From Deltaproteobacteria bacterium (GTDB lineage: Bacteria; Myxococcota_A; Polyangia; Fen-1088), in NCBI GenBank assembly GCA_033763315.1, contig JANRKS010000008.1, positions 26,175 through 58,174 of the forward strand: a stretch of DNA of 32,000 nucleotides, written 5' to 3'. A model generated the notes under the pieces. It searched no databases. It was not told the DNA's origin and was given only the letters and a program-made list of their open reading frames with translations. Below are positions 8,614 through 17,030 of this stretch, piece after piece (the first letter of the stretch is position 1; the number at the start of each line of letters is the position of its first letter). A program made the translations under genes and the position numbers.

Positions 8614-10713
8614 ATGCTCAAGCGCGTGGTTTTTGCCCTGGTTTTGCTGGGTTCGGCGGCGTTGTTCGGTTGGACGGTGCGCCGCTTTGCGCGCATGGTG
8701 TTGGCCGGCAAACCCGAGAACCGCTGGGATCGGCTGCCCGAACGGTTCGGTTCGGTGCTCAAGTATTTCTTCGGCCAGCGAAAGGTCATCGAAGAATCGC
8801 GCATTCCGTCCACCCGGGCCAAGCGTTTCGTCCGCGCCATGGGGTCGAAATACCACTTCTTCATCTTTTGGGGCTTCATCATCATCACGATCGGCACCGT
8901 CGAGCTGCTGATCCAGGGGCTATTCCCCGCGTTCAACCTGACGCAGGTGTTTGGCCAAACGCTGGCCTACTACACGTGGGTGGCGATTGATTGGTCGAAC
9001 CTCATCGTTTTGGGCCTGATTGCCTTCTCTGTGTTTCGGCGCGTGGTGCTGCAACCACGGCTGATTCCGATGAGCCGCGACGCCGCCGCCATCTTGGGCG
9101 CCATCGCCGTCTTGATGATCACCCACTTCTTCATTCACGGCTTCGCTGGTTTGGCCAGCGGCGAACCCGAGGCGGGGTTTCCGTTGTCGGCGAAGTTCGC
9201 GTCGGCGTTTGCCGGCTTATCCCCGGCCGTGGCCAATGTGATTTCCGAGGCCAATTGGTGGATCCACATAGCGGTGGTTCTGGCGTTCGGTAACTACCTG
9301 CTTTACTCAAAGCACAGCCACATCATGGCGGCGTTGCCGAACATCTTTTTCCGCCGCTTGGACCAGCGAGGCGTGTTGCCCAAGCTGAACATGGAGGCCG
9401 AAGAGATCGAGCAGATCGGCATCGTCAAAGAGTTCAACGACTTCACGTGGCGCTCGCTGCTGGATGGCTACGCTTGCACTGAATGTGCACGCTGCACGAA
9501 CGAGTGCCCCGCCTACAACACGGGTAAACCGCTTTCGCCAATGCAAGTCGTGCACGACGTGCGCGATGAGATGAAAAAGAAACTGCCTGGCCGTGGCCCC
9601 TTGGACACGCTCATGGAGCGTTTCCAGCACGGGGACGAAGGCGAGCACAACATCACCCGGGACGTGGAGATGGTGGGCGGGCGCACGACCGAGGACGTGC
9701 TTTGGTCGTGCACCACCTGCGGGGCCTGCCAAGAGGTGTGCCCGGTATTCATCGATCAGCCCGAGAAGATCTTGCAGATGCGGCAAAACCTGGTCTTGCT
9801 GCAAGAGAAAGTGCCGCCGGATCTGGCCCGCACGTTCAAGAACCTGGAGCAAAACGGCAACCCCTGGGGCATCGGCGCGGACAAGCGCATGGATTGGGCT
9901 GACGGCCAAGACGTGCCAACGTTGGACGACAAGCCCAACGCCGAATACCTGCTGTGGGTGGGCTGCGCTGGCGCCTATGACGATCGCATCAAGAAGCAAA
10001 CCCTGGCCTTGGTGGACATCTTGAAGGAAGGCGGCGTTGATTTTGCGGTGCTGGGCCTCGAAGAAGGCTGCACGGGTGATCCCGCGCGGCGCTCAGGCAA
10101 CGAGATGCTGTACCAAATGCAGGCGCAGCAGAACGTGGACACGATGAAGGAAAAGAACGTGAAAAAGGTGATCACGGCTTGCCCGCACTGCCTGCACACG
10201 ATCAAGAACGAATACCCGCAACTGGGCGGCACGTTTGAGGTGAAGCACCACACGCAGGTGATCCGCGAGTTGGTGGATTCTGGAAAAGTGAACGTCAATA
10301 AAGATGCCGACGGCATCAAGCGCGTGACGTTTCACGATCCCTGTTACCTCGGCCGATGGAACGGCGAATATGACGCCCCTCGGGACGCTTTGGACAAAGT
10401 GGGCTCCAACCGCATCGAACTCGATCGTTCGAAAGAACACGGCTTTTGCTGCGGGGCCGGCGGTGGGCGCATGTGGATGGAAGAAAACATCGGCACGCGC
10501 GTGAACCATAACCGCGTGGATGAGATCATCGCGTCGGGTGCCGAGACGGTGGCCACCGCGTGCCCATTCTGCACAATCATGGTGCAAGACGGCGTCAACG
10601 ACCGCGGCGCCAACGAAAAGGTGCAGGTGCTTAACGTTTCGGAGATGGTGGCCAAATCGATGGTGCGCAAGCGGCAAATCCAGGCCGAGGCCAAGGCCCC
10701 AGACGCCTCATAG
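8614..10713 (+). CDS. Membrane-bound (Fe-S) oxidoreductase, HdrD/GlpC/FadF type
   Basis: N-terminal transmembrane region; two 4Fe-4S motifs (CTECARCTNECP, CTTCGACQEVCP); two CCG-domain signatures (TACPHCLHTIKNEYP with downstream HDPCYLGR...HGFCCGAGGGRMWMEE). Confidence 0.88.
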   Translation: MLKRVVFALVLLGSAALFGWTVRRFARMVLAGKPENRWDRLPERFGSVLKYFFGQRKVIEESRIPSTRAKRFVRAMGSKYHFFIFWGFIIITIGTVELLIQGLFPAFNLTQVFGQTLAYYTWVAIDWSNLIVLGLIAFSVFRRVVLQPRLIPMSRDAAAILGAIAVLMITHFFIHGFAGLASGEPEAGFPLSAKFASAFAGLSPAVANVISEANWWIHIAVVLAFGNYLLYSKHSHIMAALPNIFFRRLDQRGVLPKLNMEAEEIEQIGIVKEFNDFTWRSLLDGYACTECARCTNECPAYNTGKPLSPMQVVHDVRDEMKKKLPGRGPLDTLMERFQHGDEGEHNITRDVEMVGGRTTEDVLWSCTTCGACQEVCPVFIDQPEKILQMRQNLVLLQEKVPPDLARTFKNLEQNGNPWGIGADKRMDWADGQDVPTLDDKPNAEYLLWVGCAGAYDDRIKKQTLALVDILKEGGVDFAVLGLEEGCTGDPARRSGNEMLYQMQAQQNVDTMKEKNVKKVITACPHCLHTIKNEYPQLGGTFEVKHHTQVIRELVDSGKVNVNKDADGIKRVTFHDPCYLGRWNGEYDAPRDALDKVGSNRIELDRSKEHGFCCGAGGGRMWMEENIGTRVNHNRVDEIIASGAETVATACPFCTIMVQDGVNDRGANEKVQVLNVSEMVAKSMVRKRQIQAEAKAPDAS

Positions 10714-10879
10714 AACGAACGTCGACGAGACGCCCGGATCGCGACATCCAGGTCGGGGGACCGCCCGGATTTTCGGTGTGTAACGGCCCGGATTAGGTAA
10801 CCGAGCCAGACACACGGGCATTTCGCGTATCTTTGAACGTGGCCTAGGTCTTGCTGTTACGCCCGCCGCACGTGACGCC

Positions 10880-12898
10880 ATGAAAACTTCCCCCCACAAC
10901 ATCCTTGTCTTTTCACTCGCCGCGGCTTTGGCCGCTTGCCAGGGTGTTGATCCCACTCCGCAACCCGTGCCCAACCCCACCCCTGTGGTGCACATCTACC
11001 GTGCGGAATGGTCGGCGGCGCGCAACTGGAATGAAGCTCTGTTGGCGGCGATTCGCCGGGATCTGGCGCGGCCCCCTGTGCATGCGCGCAACCTTTTTCA
11101 TACCTCGGTGTTGATGTACGACGTGTGGGCGGTGCTCGATCCGGTGGCTACCCCCTTGTTTTTGGGTCGCAGCCTGCCGCGGGCCAACGGAGGCACCAGC
11201 ACTTGTGCGCTCACGCCTTCACAGCGCACGGCTTTGCAACAAGGCTCGATCGATCCCATGACCGAGCGCTCAATCGCGATCGCGTACGGCATGAACAAGC
11301 TGTTGCATCATCGGTTTGCCTCCTCGCCAAATGCGGCAGAATCAGCGGCTCTGTTCGATACGCTGATGACCGATATGAAACTTGATCCCAAGGCGAAGAC
11401 GGGATCGTTGCAAGCAGGCACCCAGGCACAAAAGATGGCGGCGTTGGGCAATTACATGGCCGATTGCCTGATCGACCACGGCATGAAGGACGGCGCCAAC
11501 GAAGCGGGCAACTACGCCAACCAAACGTATATTCCAGCCAACGGACCGCTGTTCACTTCAGAAGATGGCACGAGCGGAATCAACGATCCGGATCGCTGGC
11601 AGCCGTTGTCACTGCAAAGGGCGATCGATCAAGCGGGCAACCCCTTGGCCAACGTGCCGTCTTTCGTGTGCGCTGAGTGGGGCGGCGTGGTGCCATTCGC
11701 GATGTCGGCGGCACAAAGCAAGCCCATGCAGCGCGGGGGATTCACGTGGCCTGTATTCCATGACCCGGGGCCACCCGCGAGGTTGCGCGGGGTTGGTGCT
11801 GATCCCGAGGCGTACAAATGGAACCACGCGATGGTGTTGCAATGGTCGTCGCATTTGGATCCCAGCGACGGCGTGATGCAGGACATCTCGCCAGCCACGC
11901 TGGGCAACTCGGCGGCCCTGCCCACGGACTTGGCCTCGTATAAGGCGTTCTACAACGTGGCGGGTGGTGTGATGCAAAGCGGGCACACCCTCAATCCAAA
12001 AACGGGACAACCGTACGCACCGAACGTTGTTCCGCGCGGTGATTACACGCGCGTGTTGTCCGAGTTTTGGGCGGATGGCCCAAAGTCCGAAACGCCGCCT
12101 GGTCACTGGTTCGTGATGTTCAATCACCTGGTCAGCGACCACCCCCAGGTGCAGAAGCGCTACCGCGGCCAAGGGCCGGTGCTGGACGCGCTTGAGTGGG
12201 ACGTCAAAGCGTACTTCGCTTTGGCGGGCGCGCTTCACGACGCCGCGATCACGGCGTGGGGCCTCAAGGGCTTTTACGACTCGATACGACCGATCTCTGC
12301 GAACCGCTTCATGGCGGCGCAAGGGCAATCGTCGGATCCGGCGCAACAAAACTATCATCCTGAAGGGTTGCCGTTGATCGCCGGAGCGATTGAGTTGGTG
12401 GCGGCAGGCGATCCGCTGGCCGGCCCTGGTGGTGAGAATGTGGGCAAGGTGAAAGTGAAGGCCTGGAAAGGCACCGTGGGCAACCCGGCCACCGACGTGG
12501 CTGGTGTGGGTTGGATCCTGGCGGAAAAGTGGCTCCCCTACCAACCCGCCACCTTCGTGACCCCACCCTTCGCGGGTTACATCTCAGGCCACTCCACGTA
12601 TTCGCGCGCGGCCGCCGAAGTGTTGACCGCTTTCACCGGTGATGCCTACTTCCCCGGGGGCCTCGGCGAATTCACCGCGAAGAAGGACACCTTCTTGCGA
12701 TTCGAGCGCGGACCTTCCGTAGATGTAACGCTGCAATGGGCCACCTACAGGGATGCCTCGGACCAAACCAGCTTGTCGCGCATCTGGGGCGGCATCCATC
12801 CCCCCATGGACGACATCCCTGGCAGGACAATCGGCACCTTGATCGCACAAGAGGCTTTTACACTCGCGGACAAACTGTTCCGCGGCGAAGCGCTGTAG
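10880..12898 (+). CDS. Vanadium-dependent haloperoxidase-like (PAP2 superfamily) lipoprotein
   Basis: Lipobox LAAC in the leader MKTSPHNILVFSLAAALAAC. Vanadate-pocket motifs KGFYDSIRP, PPFAGYISGHST, SRIWGGIHPPMDD. Confidence 0.82.
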   Translation: MKTSPHNILVFSLAAALAACQGVDPTPQPVPNPTPVVHIYRAEWSAARNWNEALLAAIRRDLARPPVHARNLFHTSVLMYDVWAVLDPVATPLFLGRSLPRANGGTSTCALTPSQRTALQQGSIDPMTERSIAIAYGMNKLLHHRFASSPNAAESAALFDTLMTDMKLDPKAKTGSLQAGTQAQKMAALGNYMADCLIDHGMKDGANEAGNYANQTYIPANGPLFTSEDGTSGINDPDRWQPLSLQRAIDQAGNPLANVPSFVCAEWGGVVPFAMSAAQSKPMQRGGFTWPVFHDPGPPARLRGVGADPEAYKWNHAMVLQWSSHLDPSDGVMQDISPATLGNSAALPTDLASYKAFYNVAGGVMQSGHTLNPKTGQPYAPNVVPRGDYTRVLSEFWADGPKSETPPGHWFVMFNHLVSDHPQVQKRYRGQGPVLDALEWDVKAYFALAGALHDAAITAWGLKGFYDSIRPISANRFMAAQGQSSDPAQQNYHPEGLPLIAGAIELVAAGDPLAGPGGENVGKVKVKAWKGTVGNPATDVAGVGWILAEKWLPYQPATFVTPPFAGYISGHSTYSRAAAEVLTAFTGDAYFPGGLGEFTAKKDTFLRFERGPSVDVTLQWATYRDASDQTSLSRIWGGIHPPMDDIPGRTIGTLIAQEAFTLADKLFRGEAL

Positions 12899-12914
12899 CG
12901 AGCGTTCGCCAGGT

Positions 12915-12942
12915 ACGGCCGCGCGCGCTATTGTGCGGCCGT
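12915..12942 (+). promoter_or_regulatory. Inverted repeat (ACGGCCGC-12 nt-GCGGCCGT) overlapping the annotated GTG start of the PfaD-like gene
   Basis: Read directly: 'gtACGGCCGCgcgcgctattgtGCGGCCGTgacc'; 8-bp perfect arms at 12915-12922 and 12935-12942. Confidence 0.35.
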
Positions 12943-14581
12943 GACCAGCCCGTTATTGCCCTTGGGTGCATGGACGCCCAGCACCGAAACGCCTTGTTTT
13001 GCGCCCGCTGAGCTTGTGCCCGCTGTGGCGCGCTTTCGCGAACCGCTGCACCTGATACGCGACGGCGCGCGTGGGCCTTTAGGGGTGGCGTTCGAGGGCA
13101 GTGTGAGTTTGGATGCACCCGTAGGTGGCGGATCTGGGCGGTACCCGTGGCTCGGCCGCTTGCCCGCCATCTATCCTGAATGGCTTGGCGATCGAGGCTT
13201 CTGCGAGACGCACAACCTTCGTTTTGCCTACATCGCGGGCGAGATGGCGAACGGCATCGCCACACCCGCCCTTGTGATCGCGATGGCACGCGCGGGCATG
13301 TTGGGTTTTTTCGGTGCGGGCGGTTTGCATCCACAACGCGTGGAGCAAGCGCTCAATGAGATCGAGGCGGCGCTCGGCCCCAGCAACGGTCACCCGGCGC
13401 CGTCGTGGGGCACCAATCTGATTCATTCGCCAGCGGAACCTGCGATCGAAAACGCCGTGGCTGATCTCTACATCAGGCGCGGCGTCCGACGCGTTTGCGT
13501 ATCGGCGTTCATGAATTTAACGCCAGCGGTGGCGCGTTTGGCGGCCAGCGGTCTTGTGCAAAACGAACAAGGGCGCGTTGAACGCAAACACCACATCTTC
13601 GCGAAGATCTCACGGCCCGAGGTGGCCACGGCATTCATGTCGCCCGCCCCGCTTTCCATGTTGGAAAGTCTCGTGCGCGCGGGGCAGATCACGCAGAACG
13701 AAGCACAATTGGCGCAACAGATCCCCGTGGCCGCTGAGATCACCGTTGAATCAGATTCCGGCGGGCACACGGACAACAGACCGCTGGGCTCGCTCCTGCC
13801 CGTGATCACAGCGCTGCGCGATGAAATGATGAAGCGCCACGATTTCAAATACGCCATTCGCGTCGGCGCCGCGGGCGGATTGGGAACACCCGAAGCCGTG
13901 GCGGCGGCCTTCGCGATGGGTGCCGCCTACGTTGTGACTGGTTCTATCAACCAAAGTACCGTCGAAGCGGGCCTGAGCGCCGAGGGTAAGGCTTTGCTGG
14001 CACAGGCGGGGTTGGCGGACGTGATCATGGCGCCAGCCGCCGATATGTTCGAGCTTGGCGTGAAGGTGCAGGTGCTCAAGCGTGGCTCGCTGTTCGGACC
14101 GCGCGCTTTGCGCTTGTATGAAGTGTTTCGCAGCTACGAGAGCTTAGAAGCCATTCCAGCGGCCGTGCGCGAGAAGCTTGAACGTGAAGTTTTGGGCCTT
14201 ACCTGCGACGCCATCTGGAACGAAGTGCAGACATTCTTTGCAGAGAGAGATCCGCAAGAGATCGCGCGCGCGCAAGCCGACGGCAAGCATAAGATGGCGC
14301 TGGTCTTCCGGTGGTACCTTGGCCTTTCGAGCCGATGGGCGATCGCCGGAGAGCCAAGCCGGCGCGCCGACTATCAGATCTGGTGCGGGCCCGCGATGGG
14401 CGCGTTCAACGGTTGGGTCAAAGGCACGTTTTTGGAGGCACCAGAAAAACGCAACGTCACCCAGCTGGCGTGGAATCTGATGGAGGGCGCGGCCGCCGTC
14501 ACGCGCGCCCAGCAGTTGCGCAGCGCAGGCGTTCCCGTTCCCACAGAGGCTTTTCACTTCGCGCCGCGGCAGCTTGGGTGA
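12941..14581 (+). CDS. pfaD: PfaD-family trans-acting enoyl reductase (PUFA/polyketide synthase, 2-nitropropane dioxygenase-like FMN TIM barrel)
   Basis: MGFFGAGG/'GMLGFFGAGGLHPQRVEQALNEI', 'WGTNLIHSP', 'HIFAKISRPEVATAFMSPAP', 'AEITVESDSGGHTDNRPLGSLLPVI', 'RVGAAGGLGTPEAVAAAFAMGAAYVVTGSINQ', 'MAPAADMFELGVKVQVLKRGSLFGPRALRLYEVFRSY', 'YQIWCGPAMGAFNGWVKGT' match the PfaD/OmfB-type reductase family. Confidence 0.93.
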   Translation: MTSPLLPLGAWTPSTETPCFAPAELVPAVARFREPLHLIRDGARGPLGVAFEGSVSLDAPVGGGSGRYPWLGRLPAIYPEWLGDRGFCETHNLRFAYIAGEMANGIATPALVIAMARAGMLGFFGAGGLHPQRVEQALNEIEAALGPSNGHPAPSWGTNLIHSPAEPAIENAVADLYIRRGVRRVCVSAFMNLTPAVARLAASGLVQNEQGRVERKHHIFAKISRPEVATAFMSPAPLSMLESLVRAGQITQNEAQLAQQIPVAAEITVESDSGGHTDNRPLGSLLPVITALRDEMMKRHDFKYAIRVGAAGGLGTPEAVAAAFAMGAAYVVTGSINQSTVEAGLSAEGKALLAQAGLADVIMAPAADMFELGVKVQVLKRGSLFGPRALRLYEVFRSYESLEAIPAAVREKLEREVLGLTCDAIWNEVQTFFAERDPQEIARAQADGKHKMALVFRWYLGLSSRWAIAGEPSRRADYQIWCGPAMGAFNGWVKGTFLEAPEKRNVTQLAWNLMEGAAAVTRAQQLRSAGVPVPTEAFHFAPRQLG

Positions 14582-14879
14582 TCTGGCGGCACCCCTGTTA
14601 GAACGGGCGCATGGACGCACGGGCTTTCGCGAATCGAGGGCCGAGCACCGAAGTTTCGCGATCGGCGCGTGGCACCCGCGAAACAGTTGGCCCAAGCGAA
14701 GCGGCCACTTAGGCGATCGCAGCGGCAGCCGTCGCCAGCTTCAGTGATGGATCGATGGTTGCAATACCTGGGGTATGGCCTTTCGATCTATCGAAGTTTC
14801 GGGTGACAGTCAGCTGCTTGCCATGCAGGGCTCCGGGCGGCATCACCGCGACACCGGTCGGGCGCCGAGGGAGACGCGG

Positions 14880-15170
14880 GTGATCAAGGTCAAAGGAATA
14901 CTCGATCCCGGCTCTTACGAACTGTTCGCGCCGTTGCTTCAATGGGTTCCCCAAGGGCCCTTCGAGGTCATCATCGACTGTCATGAGCTTGAGCGCGTGA
15001 GCACAGCCGGGATGGGGCTGTTCCTGCTCGTTGACAACTTTGTACGACGACACTTCGGCAACGTGCGAATTATCGGTTGCAACGAGGATGTGGCACGGGT
15101 GCTTCAGACGGCCAGTGACTTCACCAACCGCTTTCAGATACCGTTTGAGCGCGCCAAAAGCCCCCTATAA
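14880..15170 (+). CDS. STAS-domain (anti-anti-sigma factor-like) protein
   Basis: ORF 14775..15170; likely GTG start at 14880 with upstream 'gagggag'. 'VIKVKGILDPGSYELFAPLLQ...FEVIIDCHELERVSTAGMGLFLLVDNFVRRHFGNVRIIGCNEDVARVLQ' fits STAS topology with conserved D..x(S)TAG. Confidence 0.7.
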   Translation: MIKVKGILDPGSYELFAPLLQWVPQGPFEVIIDCHELERVSTAGMGLFLLVDNFVRRHFGNVRIIGCNEDVARVLQTASDFTNRFQIPFERAKSPL

Positions 15171-15344
15171 CCAACGTCGCGTGCCGCTGGCGAGCTCGGT
15201 GCGGGAACCACATGTGGGCTCACCGGCAAGGTCGCTTTTGCTGGGAGCGAAACCCTCGCCGATGTAGGATTGGACAATGTGGTCGGGCCGCGTCACCGAT
15301 GCGACGCTGTGGGAGCCACCCATGAACACTTCGGACAGCAGTAG

Positions 15345-17030
15345 GTGCCGATGCAACCGTACAGTGCAGTTTTGGCGGTGGGCCTGGCCATGGCAGTGGC
15401 CACGGCGTGTGGGGGCAAGATCAGCGATGACGGCGACGGACGTGGCGGCACAGGAATGGCCTCCCCCGCCACGATGACGGGTGGACGTGGCGGCACCGCG
15501 GCCGTGGCGGCAGCGGCAGGCGTGCTCCCCATGCGGTTGCTCACCCGCGCTGAATACGACAACACCGTTCTTGATCTTCTGGGCGACGATAGCCATCCCG
15601 CCGCTGCCTTCCCGCCGGAGGATGCCGGCAGCACCGGCTTTGCCCAAGTTCAAAAGCTTGATGATGTGAACATTGGCGCCTACCTCAAAGCCGCCGAGAC
15701 GATCGCCGAACGCGCCAGCAAAGATCTGAAGACGCTCATGGGTTGCGACCCAGCGGGTGCGGCGGAGTTGGTTTGCGTGAAGTCGTTCGTGACCAGCTTT
15801 GGCCGCCGCGCTTACCGAAGGCCCCTGCGCGACGCTGAAGTTGATGAACACGTGGCGCTTTACACCGACACACTCAAAGGGACGCTGAAGCTGGGCATCA
15901 ACGAGGCCATGCCCACACTCGTTGCAGCGATGCTGCAATCGCCATTTTTTCTCTACCGTTGGGAAAGCGCATGGGAAGCCAGCCGTGACGGCCGCGAGTT
16001 GAAGCTGAACGCGCACCACTTGGCCTCACAGTTGTCGTATTTTTTCTGGTCCTCGATGCCTGACGCCGAACTCATGGCGGCCGCTGATCGAGGGGAGCTG
16101 CAGACCACGGCACAAATTCAAGCCCAAGCGGTGCGTTTGTTGGCCGATCCACGAGCAGAGCGCTCGATCTCAAGCTTCGTTGAACAATGGTTGGGTATCA
16201 CAGCGCTCGAGGGAGCCTTACGAAGCAAGCCCGGCTGGGGCCCCACCTTGGCACGCGCGATGATCGCTGAGACGGATCGTTTCGCCGCTGATGTGATCTT
16301 GAAGGGCAATGGCCTGCTCACGACGTTGTTCACCTCTCGGCTAAGTTCAGCCGATGCGACTTTGGCTGCGTTCTACGGCAACAAAACCATCACTGGCACA
16401 ACCCCGCAGCCACTGACTTTCGCACAGGGCGAGCGCGCCGGCATCCTGACGCTGGCCGCAACCTTGGCTGCACATGCGGACGAGAATGACGCCAGCCCCA
16501 TCTTGCGCGGCAAGCTGATTCGAGAGCGCGTGATGTGTGATGCGATTCCGCCACCCCCAGGTGGTGTACCCGATCTACCCGCGCCCGATCCAAACACACC
16601 GAAGAAGCAGCGCTTTGCGATGCACGCGCAAGGCACCTGCAAAGGTTGCCACGAACTGATGGATCCGATCGGCTTTGCGTTTGAACATTACGACAACGTT
16701 GGCGCGTACCGTACAATGGACGGTAAATTGCCTGTCGATAGCAGCGGCGCCATCAAAGGGTTGGACGGAAGCGATCAAAGCTTCACGTCTGCGGTCGACA
16801 TGATGGATCTGCTCGGCAACAGCGATCAAGTGCGCACATGCCTCATGAAGCAATTTTTTCGCTTTGGTTTTGCACGCAAAGAAAACGAAGACGCGGATGT
16901 GGCTTCGCTCAAAGCGGCTTCGGACGCCTTTCGTTCGTCCAACGGAAATATACGCAAGATGCTGGCGGCGCTCGCCACCTCACGCGTGATGACCCACCGC
17001 TCGCTTGCCGCCGGTGAGGTGTTGCCATGA
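15345..17030 (+). CDS. DUF1592/DUF1588/DUF1585-type (planctomycete-cytochrome-associated) lipoprotein
   Basis: Lipoprotein-like leader (…ATAC|GGK), 'LTRAEYDNTVLDLLGD', 'FGRRAYRRPLRDAEVD', 'SPFFLYRWE', 'LASQLSYFFWSSMPDAELMAAADRGEL', CxxCH 'CKGCHELMDPIGFAFEHYDNVGAYR', C-terminal 'QFFRFGFARKE' - typical of the family. Alternative ATG start at 15351. Confidence 0.87.
   Translation: MPMQPYSAVLAVGLAMAVATACGGKISDDGDGRGGTGMASPATMTGGRGGTAAVAAAAGVLPMRLLTRAEYDNTVLDLLGDDSHPAAAFPPEDAGSTGFAQVQKLDDVNIGAYLKAAETIAERASKDLKTLMGCDPAGAAELVCVKSFVTSFGRRAYRRPLRDAEVDEHVALYTDTLKGTLKLGINEAMPTLVAAMLQSPFFLYRWESAWEASRDGRELKLNAHHLASQLSYFFWSSMPDAELMAAADRGELQTTAQIQAQAVRLLADPRAERSISSFVEQWLGITALEGALRSKPGWGPTLARAMIAETDRFAADVILKGNGLLTTLFTSRLSSADATLAAFYGNKTITGTTPQPLTFAQGERAGILTLAATLAAHADENDASPILRGKLIRERVMCDAIPPPPGGVPDLPAPDPNTPKKQRFAMHAQGTCKGCHELMDPIGFAFEHYDNVGAYRTMDGKLPVDSSGAIKGLDGSDQSFTSAVDMMDLLGNSDQVRTCLMKQFFRFGFARKENEDADVASLKAASDAFRSSNGNIRKMLAALATSRVMTHRSLAAGEVLP

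Noticed and set aside
8493-8936. N-terminal extension of the 8316..8936 minus ORF
   Set aside because: Only the last 58 residues match the Trm112/YcaR-like family; the upstream part overlaps the divergent Fe-S oxidoreductase gene and the intergenic region.
11609-12544. 311-aa minus-strand ORF opposite the haloperoxidase-like gene
   Set aside because: Arg/His/Pro-rich composition typical of antisense reading of high-GC coding sequence; the opposite frame has clear catalytic motifs.
14144-14695. 183-aa minus-strand ORF opposite the PfaD C-terminus
   Set aside because: Antisense to a well-supported gene and without domain-like motifs.
14709-15053. 114-aa minus-strand ORF overlapping the STAS gene
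   Set aside because: The plus strand carries an STAS-like pattern with a plausible GTG start and RBS; the minus ORF has no family signature.
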